Assembly (NCBI RefSeq): GCF_000143415.4
Contig: NW_003314265.1
Coordinates: 696,405 to 760,404 of the forward strand
From: Selaginella moellendorffii
Lineage: Eukaryota > Plantae > Lycopodiophyta
Length of the DNA stretch: 64,000 nt
Direction: 5' to 3'
Below the pieces are notes generated by a model, which saw nothing but the letters and a program-made list of their open reading frames with translations, was not told where the DNA came from and made no database searches. The translations under genes and the position numbers were made by a program. Within the stretch, counting starts at the first letter, position 1. Every line of letters begins with the position of its first letter. Shown here piece after piece: positions 1-13,433 of the stretch.

Positions 1-116
1 TGCAATGCAGCCTAAGCTTACGCCAATGCAGGCTCGTTGGCAAGAGAAGCTTGCTAGATATGATATTGAAATCATATATAAACCTGGTAAAGATAATATT
101 GTTCCAGATGCATTGA

Positions 117-711
117 TGTAAGCTCCTGAGTTTGGACTTCCCGGGAGGTCACCCAGCCCAGTACTATTCAAACCCAAGGACGCTTAACCCCAAATATCCC
201 AAAACCCTTAACCGATTGGAAAAGGGGGTGCACTTTTGTTGATGGGCCCTTTCCCTCTATATTTGAACCCTAACAGATCGTCTCTCGAATCGTTCCCTTT
301 GGTTGCTTACAATCCACCACGCTTCCTTGCAAGTTCACGCCCTCGTGAACGGAAGCTGAGAGCCATAGCTCTCCCGAGAGCCCCACTCTCTTGACACCCT
401 ACCCCTCGGGTCTAGCCCAGCAGGAGCAAATTGGACCAGCCAGATGTCAATCAACATGTGGTGTGATTCTTTTAGCCAACCAACAGAGTCGGACCCGAGA
501 CCCTTCTGATACCAAATGTAAGTTCCTGAGTTTGGACTTCCCGGGAAGTCACCCAGCCCAGTACTATTCAAACCCAAGGACGCTTAACCCCAAATATCCC
601 AAGACCCTTAACCGATTGGAAAAAGGGGTGCACTCTTGTTCATGGGCCCTTTCCCTCTATATTTGAACCCCAATGGATCATCTCTCGAATCGTTCCCTTT
701 GGTTGCTTACA
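117..711 (-). mobile_element. Cassandra-type TRIM carrying 5S rRNA-derived sequence in its LTRs
   Basis: Two 195-bp LTRs (117-311, 517-711) with TGTAAG...CTTACA ends; TSD ATTGA at 112-116 and 712-716; minus-strand PBS TGGTATCAGAAGG (tRNA-iMet type) near 502-514; 205-bp non-coding interior; 5S-like block in each LTR. Confidence 0.93.
134..189 (-). promoter_or_regulatory. 5S rRNA-derived Pol III internal promoter (A box, IE, C box) in the Cassandra LTR; second copy at 534-589
   Basis: The minus strand reads GGTTAAGCGTCCTTGGGTTTGAATAGTACTGGGCTGGGTGACCTCCCGGGAAGTCC, colinear with plant 5S rRNA AGTTAAGCGTGCTTGGGCGAGAGTAGTACTAGGATGGGTGACCTCCTGGGAAGTCC. Confidence 0.85.
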
Positions 712-1143
712 ATTGAGTCATCAAGCTCAATTCCAGGCAATATCGGCAATCAGTTCGGACTACTTGGAGGACGTTCGGGCTTCATATGTAAGTGATCCAT
801 TGGCGAAGTCAATCTTATGCCATGCGGGGTTGTTGAAGCAGAGCCCTGGTAGCGAAGCAGCAAAAGTTGTTAGTCGCACTAATGCAAAGCTTCACTTCTC
901 AATTCGGGATGGGCTTATATTCTATAAGCAAGAAAGATTGTATCTTCCCTCTAAGGATCTGCAGCAGTTGGTTCTGCGGGAACATCATGATGTTCCGGCA
1001 GTGGGACATGGTGGGAAGCGAAAAACTCTGGCTTCATTGAAAAAGGGATTTTTCTGGTCTGGTATGGAAGGTGATGTAGCGGACCATGTTCGTTCTTGCC
1101 TTATATGCCAGCAATGTAAGCGCAGAACTGAGAAGTAGGTTGG

Positions 1144-2863
1144 TGTAAGCGACTAATTTTTCCATTTTACTTTAGTCACTTAACCACACCTCCAACCACT
1201 TGGAGGAGTCTCATTCACAACCTCCACAAGTCCCAGTTAGGACTTGGGGCTTGCTAGCCCCGAGAATGGCATCCATGCCACTCAACCTTTGCACTTGGTC
1301 TAAGTGCTTCACGTGTCCGATCCCATGATCGACACCCCAAGGTACCACCGACATATCGGCCCGTTACGCTGAGGCCATACCTATTCACCTTGGTCACACC
1401 GGTGGTCCAACACCACTTACATTGCAATCCCGTCTCTCATAGACTAGGCCATCCATCCATGAGTGATCGTCCCAGATCCACTCCTTAGCATCCTTAGGAT
1501 GCTCGCAGACTTAGGGAATAACCTTCCCCAATATCTCTTTTCCGGTCCCCACCAAGTCCCTCTCTGTCAATGGCCGTGTTCACCAACACTGCCACTGGAT
1601 CAAGGCCCGCAGGCCCGACCTCTAAGTCCAACTGTCCTCTGGGACTTCCTCACTAGGTGACCGTGTCCTTTGTCACCACACCAGAGGGCTACTCCTCTTC
1701 CTTTCCACAGTCTGGGACTTTGGGACAACATTTTGGAACACCGTGGCCTTACGCAAGCCTCATGGGTACTTTCCCCGCCTTTCGCCTTTAGGTGCTCTAG
1801 CCATGGGCTTAGAGCGAGGTTCCGTTGAGCCACGACAGGTATCCAAGTAGGTAGTGCTACCCACACTTGGACTGGGAGCATCGGCCAGTCGATCTCCCGG
1901 GGGAACTAGAGTTGGCTCTTGAACACTTCACCAAGCTACCCTGCTTGTCGGTCCGTGTTCACTCTAGTCTTGGACTTCCCAATGGGCAGCTCATCACCCA
2001 ACACTGGGTCCGGCCTTCCTGGGCCAAACTGGCCTTTCCTGGCCAAACTGGCTCCATTGTAGTCCTCCCCCTACTATACTTTTGGAGCTCACCAAACCCC
2101 CCAGGGTCTGGGAAACGAACGCTTTGGGCTTTCACCCTCTCAGACTCGGACTCGGACTCGGACTCGGACTTGGACTCAGACTCGGATTCGGACTCGAGCT
2201 CGGGCTCGGTCTCGGTCTCGGCCTCGGCCTCGGTCTCGGTCTCGGTCCCGATCTCGGTCTCGGTCTCGGTCCCGGTCTCGGTCCCGGTCTCGGTCTCGAC
2301 TTCGGACTCCATCTCGGGTCCATCTCGGACTCCATCTTGGGTCCATCTCAGACTCCATCTCGGGTCCATCTCGGACTCCACCTCGGGTCCATCTCGGACT
2401 CCATCTCGGGTCCATCTCGGGTCCATCTCAGACTCCATCTCGGGTCCATCTCGGACTCCACCTCGGGTCCATCTCGGACTCCATCTCGGGTCCATCTCGG
2501 ACTCCATCTCGGGTCCATCTCGGACTCCATCTCGGACTCCATCTCAGGTCCATCTCAGACTCCACCTCGGACTCCATCTCGGACTCCATCTCGGACTCCA
2601 CTTCGGACTCCAACTCGGGTCCATCTCGGACACTTTCACGTGACATGTGTTGGTCCTTTTGGGTCCCTTTTTGGAGCCTCGCTTATTGCTCACTTTGTGC
2701 TCGTTCTTTGAGCACTTTGTTGGGAGTTCCACTCCCACTCTCAACCTTTCAAGTCGGAGCTTTTTAGTCCAAACGTGTTATGCTCGTTTGGTTTTCGCTT
2801 CGGCCACTACCACGTGGCACCCTTTCGGCTCCACTTTGGGGCCTAGGGATTTTGTGTCTCACA
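1144..2863 (-). mobile_element. Solo LTR (1.72 kb) of the same family as the element at 18977-26575
   Basis: TG...CA ends; TSD GTTGG at 1139-1143 and 2864-2868; reverse-complement match to 18977-20705; removing it restores the host integrase frame. Confidence 0.93.
2142..2630. repeat. Hexamer (CTCGGN) and 12-mer (CCATCTCGGACT / CCATCTCGGGT) tandem arrays inside the LTR
   Basis: Directly visible; the source of many spurious low-complexity ORFs. Confidence 0.95.
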
Positions 2864-5530
2864 GTTGGGAAGTTGTAGTGCATTCCAGCACCGGCATGGC
2901 CATTTCAGAGTGTGACACTTGATTTCGTCACTTGCTTGCCGAAGTCTAAGGGTTATGATACTTTGATGGTGGTTGTGGATTGGTTGTCGAAAATTGCACA
3001 CTTCATTCCAACTGTGGGAACAGTGAATGCGAAACAGGCAACAAAGCTCTTTTTCCATGAAGTAGTGCGAGTTCGTGGTCTTCTAGAAGAGATGATCTTG
3101 GATAGAGATTTGAGGTTTACAGGGAAGTTTTGGGGCACACTGTTCCAGCTGTTTGGTACCAAATTGAAGTTTAGTATGGCTTATCATCCTTAGACTGATG
3201 GGCAGATTGAACGCGTGAATGCTCAAGTTGAGGATTATCTATGGTATTATGTCGTAGCTGACCAACGCGACTGGGTTGAGCATTTGGATACAACAGAAAT
3301 ATGTTATAACAACACATTTCACAGCGCTATAGGCTGTTCTCCATGGGAGATGCTGCAAGGGAATGCTCGTGGGGTTCCTTAACAAATCGTTGTACAGAAA
3401 CCAATGACCGAAGTGTTGGTCCCAGCCGTTGAAACTTATGCGGAGTAACTACGCCAAAGTTGGTCTAAAGCTACTGAGGCGATGGGCAAAGCTCAGGATA
3501 GGTATCAATGTGATAAGGATTAGCATCGTCGGGATGTATCCTATCAAGTGGGAGATCAAGTGTGGCTATCTTCCCGGAACTTGAACATTAAGGGATCTTT
3601 GTCTTGGAAGCTATTACCGAGATATGTTGAACCTTATCGGGTGTTGAAACGCATTGGTGATGTATCCTATTGGTTGGATCTTCCTGCGGAGATGTCCCAT
3701 GTTCATAATGTATTTCATGCCAATCTCTTGGCTCCTTACACTATGGATGTTGCGCAACGTGGGAAGATTCGTCCGCCACCAGATGTTGTGGACGGTGAAC
3801 CAGAATATGAAGTTGAAGCTATCTTGGATGCTCGGTCTCGAAGACAGGCTCGTACAAAGGAATATCTAGTTAAGTGGAAAGGTTACCTGACTTGTGAATC
3901 AACTTGGGAACCTCTTAGTAATCTTACACATGCCCGTGAGCTTGTCACGGAGTATGAGAATAGTAATAAAGACTAGCTTTTGTAAATCTTGTAATAAATC
4001 TTGCAAATTAATAAAGTAATATATTTCTATAAATCAAAGTGTCGTTTCTCTCATTCATTCGTACTTGGGTCAGTTTTGGCAGGCTGACTTCGGCAATTCG
4101 GTGCATGGGTCCAATCCATAACCATGGGGATAACTATTATAGACTGATCACAAGTCCCCGCCTCTCTCGATGACTCACTTTTGAAAAAGGGGCGTGGTCG
4201 TGTAAACAACTTAATCTGCCAGTTTATAATAGTTGTCTAAATCTTCCCGACAGGGTTGATTTCTTGCTCAGGAGAAGTTGGGCCTCTAGCCTTCTCCCTA
4301 TGTCCCTGCGGGCAGGGATGTATCATTCCTTTGTAAGCCGAGTGGTACTCGGAGTAGCAAGGGTGGCTAACTCCGTTAGTCATTTTCTTGTCGGTGACGG
4401 CTAGAGGGTGTTTGAGTCTTAACGTCTTTGGACGTAGAGGAGAGGTAGTTCCATAACTCATTTAAGTCGGTGCGTTTCCCACATAGTGTGCTTTTCGTTA
4501 ACTTTCGGAGTTGTTTCCTTGATGGTTTGCTAGACTCGGGTATGCATCGACGAGGACATCGATCTTCCCCAAGGGGGGGAGAGTGTCGCGAATGTGACTT
4601 TGGGTATCGAAAGATACTTGTCGACCAATCCTTACGGACACTCTTTCCTTACTGCTATGACAGCAGGAGATCGGTACAGTTGGATCCCTTTAGTAGCCCC
4701 TCTTGTGCTAGTGGAGTTAACTGGGCATTTTGAGTGTACTTAGACCGGACGAGCATAAGGACGGAATTCCTACGTGTTATTAGCTAAGCATACTTAGCCC
4801 GGTAAGGAGTTCCCATCTCGTTTTGTCTTGCACTTGCTAGTGACAAGAACCTTCGTATATTGAGACTAGTCCCTCAATATCGCTAGATGATAGCTTACCG
4901 TGTCTGCCAAACACCCTCGCTATCATGCCCTTTGTGTTAGTCTCATTTCGGTCCCATATGCTATTTATGGAAAGTGTCTAGATTCGCTCATTTGGCATAT
5001 ATACGGAATGTAGAGATTGGCTTGAACACAATGGTGTTCGTCCCGTGTCCAAATTCGCAATTTAAGGACATTCCATATTTAGTAAGTTTCGAGTTTGTCC
5101 CAAAGACTAACTCTTGGTACTAAGGGAGGCTTGGGGTGAAAGCCCAAAATGTGTGTTCCTCAAGGGGGGGGGTTCCAAATATATAGTAGGGATAGTGGTT
5201 GGAATGCATGTCCGACCACCTGAGACATTAGTTTGGCTCCTGCTGGGCTGTGTCGCTCCTTGTTCTGTGTCCAGCCTGGGTCTAAGCCTAAGCTCCATGC
5301 TGCTCTAGTCGGTGGAGTACCCTCCTCCTCGCGTTAGGCCACCGGTATGCCAAAATTGTGCCAGACTCCATCTGACACCATTTTGTGTGCAGGTGCTGGA
5401 TATGGGGAGCTGGTGCTCATGGGATTATACCGGACCCTCGTTCGTAGGGCAACGGGCTTGGAGTTCGGCTCCAAATTCAAGTGCGCTACAATGCTTGTCT
5501 TTTTAAAGTTATTGGCAAAACCCCACTACA

Positions 5531-8480
5531 TATGATCGAGTAGTAATGTGATTCAAGGGAATTGGCACACATTTACACTTCCCCGAGGACTCCTAGGAGC
5601 AATTGAGATGTTCCCACAGCTGCAAGATTGAAGAGAGAAGGAGATGAATATACTGCAAGTATCTCTCACCACAATGAAACAGTTCCAGATGTGGAGTTCC
5701 TTGGAATATCCAAGATCTGTAACCCAACAGACTTTGGCAATGCCAAGGAGATGACATTGCTCCCTAATCCTAAATCCAAGAGTTGTGATGGTATCTCCCA
5801 GAGTGACTGATGCCATTAAAGCTCTTGGATCCTATGTTGTTGTGATATCCACGATATGAATCTCCTCTCTAGCATGAAGAAGAGGTTGGCTGGAATGGGC
5901 AAGACTTTCTAGTTGCTGTCCAATCTTGAGACTGATTGTAAAAGTTGTCCGAGTGAAAGGGTGATTGAGTGCAATAGCTGCTCGAGTCCAAGACCGACTG
6001 CATGACGTCCATTGGAAGAGCTGTAGATGTGGGGGGAGTCGTGGAAGATGTATTAGCCAAGCCTAGAAAAGATGTGTGGTTGATCTAAGAAGCTCTAACA
6101 TCATCTACAAGGAATCAAATAAATATTGACTTAAAGGGCAACTTGCATGCAATAGTTGGACTTGGTATTTGTTGAACAATTGAGTTGTGCTCTCCATTGA
6201 TGTCTAGGGCTGTTGGTTGACATTTCTTCTAAGCTCGAATCACAATTGTAAGTGTCTCATCGTTGATGGTGTTGATGTAAACAGCCGATTCTTTTCCCTT
6301 GCTCGTTGATGGGGCAACTACAATTGTGCGTTGTTGGAGTTGCTATTGATATTTATCTAGAGGTGGCCAAATGTAAACCATAAAATTTTCCTTTCCAATT
6401 TATCAGTTTACCTCGTCTATCCGACCAACACCACCTTAGCCTTTGCTAAGTTCCCTTGCCAAGGTTCCCACATATTGTACTAGCTCCTACTTAGTCCTAC
6501 TTGGTTTCAGCTACTCACTACATGAGTAATGGAGTGTTAACCATCTATCCACGGATTCTCAAATCTCTCAAATCCCCCTCCTCATGTTAGATTAGACTTA
6601 AGGTTCAGCTACATTCCCCATAGGCATAAGCAGCCAAGCACACCAAGCCTTCAGGTTCCTAACATCCCTTGGTACAACAAAACTTGATTATGGGACCCTC
6701 TAAATCCCAAGCCTTGGGTGCAACATTTGCTTCGAGACACTAGGGCGAAACACCGTGGCCTAACGGCCCAGTATGGGTACCTCTACCCCCCCACTTCCAT
6801 CCCGAAGGGAAGGCCCAAGCCCCTAGGAAGGGCGAGGACCAATGAGCCACAAGGTATTCAAGTGCGGCACCACTCCACATAAGCCGGGAGCACTGCAGTC
6901 GGTTTCCCTTCCGGTAGTGGGAGCTGCTCTTGAGCATTTCCTTGGGTGGCCCCTTCGGCACCACCCAAGTCCATATTCACTCCCACCCAAGGCCCCGCAG
7001 CCCCAGTCTCAACCTCAAGTCAGTTTGGAAGCACCACTGGAGAGTTCCTTCAAGACTGGTTCTTGGACCTCACTATCCCTACTATACTTTTGGAACCCCT
7101 TGCAACCCGCCCCCCCTAGGAGACACACGCTTTGGGCTTTCACCCCTCGACCTGTATTAGTACTCGGACTCAATCTTGGACTCGATCTCGGACTCGATCT
7201 TAGACCAGACTTCGGACTCAGTCTCGAACTCGACCTCGGACTCAATCTTGGACTCGACCTCAGACTTGACCTCGGACTCGGTCTCAAACCCAATCTCCGA
7301 TCTCAGACTCTGTCTTGAACTCGGTCTTGAACTCGGTCTCGGAGTCGGCCTTGGACTTGATCCCAGACTCTATCTCGAACTTGGTCTCAGAGTTGGTCTT
7401 GGACTCGATCTCAAACTTGGTCCCATCCAATGAACTCTTTATCATTTCGATTGTGCTTTCAGGGATCCTTTAGCCTACGACCTCTCAGGGAGTTTGTTCC
7501 TTACACCAAAGTGCAGAGTTATTATCAAGGGGATGCTCCTGGACACTTTGGCTCCTGGGAGGTCGAAGCTCTGGATAGAGGTGATAACACCGTTCTATTG
7601 AGTGTGTACTAGCCTCACAATGGGTACACCAATGATAGGGTTGTCTTGATGTTGTCTCTGTTTGCTGAAGTCTTAATGCCTTAAGTTTCTCAAGGATGGC
7701 GGTCTAGTGTTGTTTCTGTTGCAAGAGGTCTTGCTATTGACACTTAAGGAGATCTTTGTACTGGCGAAATTCTGTAATGGCAGATTCCAACGTTGGTGGC
7801 AATTTCTCTTCCACGACTCTAGGTGTAGGTTGGCGAGAAACCACTGCAATCAAATGCTCAAGGAGGTAGTTGAATGGAGAATGCCTTTAAGAGTGGCCTT
7901 CCAAATTGATCCTCTAGGTGATTATGAACATATTGTCAACAACATAAAATGTTCAAATCACTACAAATGCCTAAACATGGTAAATGTTACAAAGTGATCC
8001 ATCCAATCTAACAAGTTGAATCGTCCTCCAAACACCTTAAGCAAAACTCACAAGCAAAATAAATGGTCGTGAATGTCACAAACTCCAAAAATAAAACTCC
8101 AAGAGACATGAAAATGTTGAAATATCTCGAAAAGAAATGAGTGTTGTGCTTTCTATTGAGAGCTCTTGCTATGATGGATGGAACTACCTGGAAAGTGGCT
8201 TGATGCCGGCCTAAGAAGTTAGGTCATCCTTCTCATGCAAAAGATTTGCAAAAATTAAGTGCAAGATGGGAGAAAACTCTTAAAAACAAATGATCATGCT
8301 CAAATAAAGATGAATGCTAGTGAATAATAACAAGATCTCACAGGATTGGGCACCAAATTGGATGATTGAACTTGGGAATGATAAATCATAAAAAGATTTA
8401 CAATCTTGATGCAAGAAATTGAGAGAAAGGCAAAAACTTTGTGCACTAGAGAAGTATGTAACTTCATTCGTCATATGGCA
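5531..8480 (-). pseudogene. Highly decayed ORF remnant, possibly a MULE/SWIM-type transposase, split by the solo LTR at 6372-7505
   Basis: Fragmentary minus-strand peptides (RFNLLDWMDH; CS*SPRGSIWK, resembling a SWIM CxC...CKH motif). Very degenerate. Confidence 0.2.
6372..7505 (-). mobile_element. Solo LTR of a second, related LTR family (same family as 30727-31669)
   Basis: TGTAAACC...CCTTACA ends; TSD CCAAA at 6367-6371 and 7506-7510; colinear with 30727-31669; degenerate hexamer array at about 7160-7420. Confidence 0.88.
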
Positions 8481-9650
8481 CTATAGCTACATGCCATAGC
8501 TCCGCATAGATGAAATCTCACTCCCATACTTAAAGATTTCTCTATGGGGGTAATTCCTACTACTCTTAGCCTATCCCTCTCTAGGATCTCCACTTCAAAT
8601 CTCGTGGATCCTCTTCGTTAATCAAGAAATGCTCCAGAAAGAAAGAAGGTAGGTGTTATGTCAAGTTCACCATATTGAGGTGTGACACCTCAATCCTCCT
8701 CCTCTCTGTGGTTTTAGTCACATTCTAAGCTCTCTCTCCATGCTCTAGCTCAAGACACAAAGCACAAAACCATGATATTTCACCCTTGGTGTGGTTTTTA
8801 TACAACCATTTAGAATATTTCAAGAATCAGAATATCCCCTCTCTCTCTCTCTCAAGATGCCCATAGCCGCAACTAGGGAGTAAGAGAGGGAGCAGAAGTA
8901 GGAGTAAGAGTGGGAGTGGGAGTAGAAGTAGAAGTAAAAGTCTCAATCTTAAGCTCAAAATGCCTATGGCTACAACATTTCCACTGTGAATGCCTCTATT
9001 AAGCTCTATTTCGTTAAAGTGGGATTTATTTAGTAAAATGGGACTAGGTACAAATTTTCAAGTATTTGAAAATGACGTGAAATTATATGTTTTTTGTCCA
9101 GGGGCTAGACATATCTGGGGCATGGTGACTAGCGCGGTGACTTTGTGTCCAGACTGAGTCCATTTGGTTGTATAATAAATCTCATTGTCAAGGTGAACAA
9201 GCCGAATCTGAAGTTAAAGAAGAGCGATGGCATGTGCGCACACATTATTTGTTTGTTCATTGAGCGTGTGGTGAGCTTTCCAAGATGAACGTCATTCCTA
9301 TTAGCCAGACATATAACTTAATGGTAGATATTATTCAATGTTATCTTTTTCTAACGAATCTAATTGTGAAGGTGTAGCAAGAGGCATTGCTAGTCTGGAG
9401 AAGTCATTTAACTCATTTGACCCTTAGTGTATTTTCATGAAACTAAATAACATTCATATTATTAAGGAATTTCTCTAGTACCTTTTTTTTACGACATAAA
9501 GGCTTGCATTTCTTTCAAAGGTGATTTAGTAAAAGGCCTGAGGGCACATGCCATTCTATTTCTCAGACCGGTATTAAGATATACTAGTGCAAAGGGAAAA
9601 AGGTATTTGGTGATCAAGTAAATGGCATGAGGGCACACGCCATTATAAGC

Positions 9651-9908
9651 CTAAGCGCTAGTGGACACCTCCTTTTTGGTACTCTCAGCGGTAGTATCAT
9701 CCTTCTCCGGGTCAGTTGTTTTGCTTTGGATTGTTGTTTCTGACGTTACTGGGGCGTTCTCGATAGTTGTTAATGTTGCCGTTTGTTCAGAAAAATGATC
9801 ACCTGGAGTATAGTACGGGGAGTTTGGAAGACTTATATATTCTACATCTTCACCTATCTCCTTCTCCGTCTCCTTTTCTGCCTCACTTACAGATTTTGTG
9901 CTTGCCAT
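9651..9908 (-). CDS. Small acidic, S/T-rich cargo ORF (about 85 aa from MASTKS), unknown function
   Basis: Open frame downstream of the transposase; a decayed homolog lies at about 34374-34620. Confidence 0.4.
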   Translation of the reverse strand: MASTKSVSEAEKETEKEIGEDVEYISLPNSPYYTPGDHFSEQTATLTTIENAPVTSETTIQSKTTDPEKDDTTAESTKKEVSTSA

Positions 9909-10621
9909 GAGAACGCTCTTCACCCTAAAATATGGAGTTCGTTGTGTTATAAAAGAAAACCAACACACATGCTGCAAGGGAATGATGGTACATAAAGCAC
10001 GTAAGCCCATAATATGGGTTTATGTGCCATTAATATGGGCCACACGCCATATTATTAGATTTATGCACGTGTGATTGGTAAATGCATATGTCACATCATC
10101 TTTGTTTTACCTCACACACTATATCAAGCCTAATGAACCATATCACATGTGCGCAGATGCTATATATATGGAGAAGTATTATGCAAGGATAGAAAAATTC
10201 AATGCATGATTGTGGAGAGCAATGGCATGAAGCCACATGCTAAATAACATTTTAGAGAAAGAATTAAAATAGAAACATGCAAACAGGTATGAGTGGACCA
10301 AGACTTAGAAGTGCACAATTGAATGAGGTATTTCTAATAAATATTTCACTCACCTCATATAGGAATGGCTACCACTCTCAAATGGCGTATCGCCTCATGC
10401 CATCACCTCGCAATTTGTTATAACAATCCGATGAATTCATATTCGGCTTGTTCACCTTGAACTTTAAGTAAGATTTGCTAGAACAACTAAGAATTTATAC
10501 TTGTTATTTGTATCATCTCACCTAGGAATGGCGTAAGGCCACATGCCATCACGCCTCCTCTGATTCAGATTCGGATTATTCACCTTGAAATAAAATACAT
10601 TAGAAACTTAGTAAAGGAATA

Positions 10622-13433
10622 TTAATGAATCTCACCTTGAACCCGGGTTATGAATGCTCTTGCTGCATCTCTTGCATGGTCTGGCAAGGTGATGGTGGCA
10701 CTCTGCTTCCGCATCCAACCATGCACAACATTATCCACCGATATGCTCATGTTGGGATCCCTTGGATTCAGCACCCATCTCTTTTCTAGGCAATCCTTCG
10801 TATATCCGGAACTTGGCTTGAACCACTCCACAGTTACATTGAAGGAGTTAGTTTCCGCGTCCTCCTCTGCATCAGTGATGCAGTGCCCCACCCATATCAT
10901 TTGTTTTTTATTACTGGGTCTGACAAGCACGACCATTCCTTTGCAGACCTGTACTGGATTGAATGCTGAATCCGGCTTCTTGTTCCTCGGCCCACAATAG
11001 TGATCCTCAACATCATTATCTGTCACTGCATTTCTAGAGGACATTGTTCCGCTACTATCTGGTGCTCTGGGTTCTGGCCAAAAGGACTCTTCCAATTCTT
11101 CATATACAACCGGCCCATTTTGGATAGTAGATATAATCTTCTCCCAGTATTCGAGCAAAGGCTTGCACCTCTGAAAATAGGATTCTCCACCAAACACCAA
11201 CCCCCTCTTCCAGAAGGCAATATGCTGTCTAATCCCGGCCACTATACTTTCCTGGTCTTTGAGTCCATCTGGGTGCATCGGCCGTGGGGAACCCTGAGGA
11301 ATCATAGGTTCCCCAGTTATGGGATCTCTCTTGAAGAGTTCAATGCCGTCCACTGGCAGCCACACTGTGTCCCATTCTCTCATCTTGTACCTCATCACTG
11401 GAGCACTGTCACGCATGCTGAAATGAAACTGAAGAGGCTTGGAGTGGCCAATCAGTGTTTCGGATCCATCCCTGATGTAGCCTCTTACAAACCCCTTAAA
11501 GTCTGGAACCTCTGTCACAAGTGCAGCTTCAACAGTGCCTTTGATGCAATTTTGGAATTCATCGTAGAGTTGTGGGAGGGTGAGGACATTGGATCGCCGG
11601 AGGGACTCTGCCAGGTGACTGAACATGGCATCGACGTCTTCATGAGTGTGCCCAACCATGAGAAAGCCAAGTGTAACCGTTTCAAATATGCCTTTGGCAA
11701 CAAGCATCGCCAAGTACGCAAAGATGTACACTGCCAGCATTGTCTGTTTGGAGCAAAAGATGGGGTGGAAGGCCACATCGGCCGCAAGAACTTCCTTGAG
11801 ATTCTGCTTCGTTTGGATGAGGCTGTGCATTCACCGGGCGACCAGCCTCGTCGGAATGGCATGAGGCCTCACGTGATAACCCTACAATCTGACGGCCAAC
11901 ATATTCACTGGGATGGCATGGGGCCCCACGCGATACTGCAAGCCTTTGCTCCTCCTCCAGTTGAACCCTGTATGGGGTTCGATTGACAAGGGCCTTATGC
12001 AAGGGTTGGCCGTTCAGCTCAGTCTGCGCACTTTGCAGAGACCTTAAGTGTTTTGCTAGGGACGCAATCATCATGTTTGCACCCCTGCCACCCCATAGAG
12101 GTACAAAGAAGTTCCCATAGTTCTGGGCACCATGCCCATGAGCGATTATGCCAAACAGAGACACAGACAGCTGCATGGATGAAGAGATTGCCTTGGGGGC
12201 AGGATTGAGTCGAGGTAAGCACGTCTTTTTCTGGTCCATTTTGTCGTGGATGATGCAGAGGTAAGAGTCAGGTCTCTCCATGGAGAGAATCCTTTTATGA
12301 TAATATGCAGTCCTGCAGCTTCTCTGCTCGATGTTGTAGTCGAGCCGCCTTCTAACCAACGTCTCTCGCTCTTGAGCGATGCAAGAATTCTTCGACAAAG
12401 TCATTTTAATAGCAGTGCACTCGTCACACTTTGAAAAGCTGGAGTACTTTCCTATACTCACATCCCTGAACCTGTTGCTCCACAATCTACTAAATCTAGA
12501 TTGGCTCAGCTTCCTGTAGCCATTACTTTGGAGTTCCCGATTCACATCTTCCAATATGGCCCCCTTGGTATACATGGAAGGGAGAACTCGTTGGGTGTTT
12601 CGAGTTCCATCTTCCAAAAGGCAGGTTTTATGTGGTTGCTGCTCGCTACATGTCTCAACAAACCTCTTGAAGATTGCCTCTCCATATACAACATGACCCC
12701 TGGTTTTGTGAGTACCGTCGTTCCCATGGACTGCCTGTTGAACCCTTTGTTCCTCGAACTCAGTTTTGATTCTATAGAATGTGGTTCGAGGGACTCCATA
12801 AATGATTCTCCATGCCTTCATGCAGACCAAACCCCTCTGGAAGACCATGCCCCCCACCTGATGTTCTGAAGCATCAACAGATGACCGTAATGCTTCATAC
12901 ACAAAATTGCGAGCTGCCTTCCAGGACAATGTCTTGTATCTTGCTCTCTCCTCTTCAATAGCATCCCAATCAGCATGTTGACAGCACCTCCTCTTGCAAC
13001 AAGCAACTGTCGAGACCATTCGAACCTCCATCGCCATTTTCTGCCTTTTCAGTTCGTTGCTCAGATCCCTTTGGCTACGCTTTAGGAAGGTGTACTTTCT
13101 TTTCCCATGAAGAGATGTTTTGTCATCAGTTGTAGTGGTGTTTGATTGTGAATCCTTCACATTCTCAAACACTAAGTGCCTCAATTTCCACCGCACAATG
13201 CTTCCAATAGTCAGACTGTTTTCTTCTGTGTCAACAACCTCTAAAATCGCAACTCCAATATCATCCCAGCCCAATTCTTGATTAGCAACCGCATCTCTTG
13301 GATCGACAACTGTGGCTAAGCCCTCAACTACCACCTCCCCCTCGGGGTTGTTTAGAAACACCTTTGCCTGAATCCATGTAGCACGGTTCTTAAGATTCAC
13401 GGAGGGAACATGCATCGCACTTGCGGAGGCCAT
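10622..13433 (-). pseudogene. Sola-like DDD transposase (GHTHEDxD family), frameshifted near 11730
   Basis: Cys clusters CCKRRCC...CMKAW and FSKCDEC; catalytic-type motifs IIHDKMD, LLLQTDNA and FLMVGHTHEDVDAMFS. Two overlapping ORFs (11682-13433 and 10622-11830) join where the usual xNKN motif is missing. Confidence 0.8.

Larger units (their letters stand above)
1..5530 (+). mobile_element. Decayed Ty3/Gypsy chromovirus, 3' part (RNase H end, integrase, chromodomain, PPT, 3' LTR about 4584-5530), interrupted twice
   Basis: 1-116 reads ARWQEKLARYDIEIIYKPGKDNIVPDAL (end of RNase H). 713-1138 holds the integrase HHCC region (HHDVPAVGH...CLIC). About 2870-3540 is the integrase core (DFVT, DRD, AYHP) with stops. 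3548-3976 has a GPY/F-like module and a chromodomain (YEVEAIL...YLVKWKGY...TWEP). The PPT AAGGGGGGGAGAG precedes TGT at 4584. The LTR 3' end is approximate. Confidence 0.9.

Noticed and set aside
134-589. Two 5S rRNA genes
   Set aside because: Only the 3' ~55 nt is 5S-like, and it is embedded in TRIM LTRs; these are not rRNA genes.
1867-2744. Many long ORFs in all six frames (also at 18968-19983 and 24712-25853)
   Set aside because: Artefacts of stop-free hexamer and 12-mer arrays within LTRs.
11000-11986. 328-aa plus-strand ORF
   Set aside because: Antisense shadow of the transposase, with no motifs.
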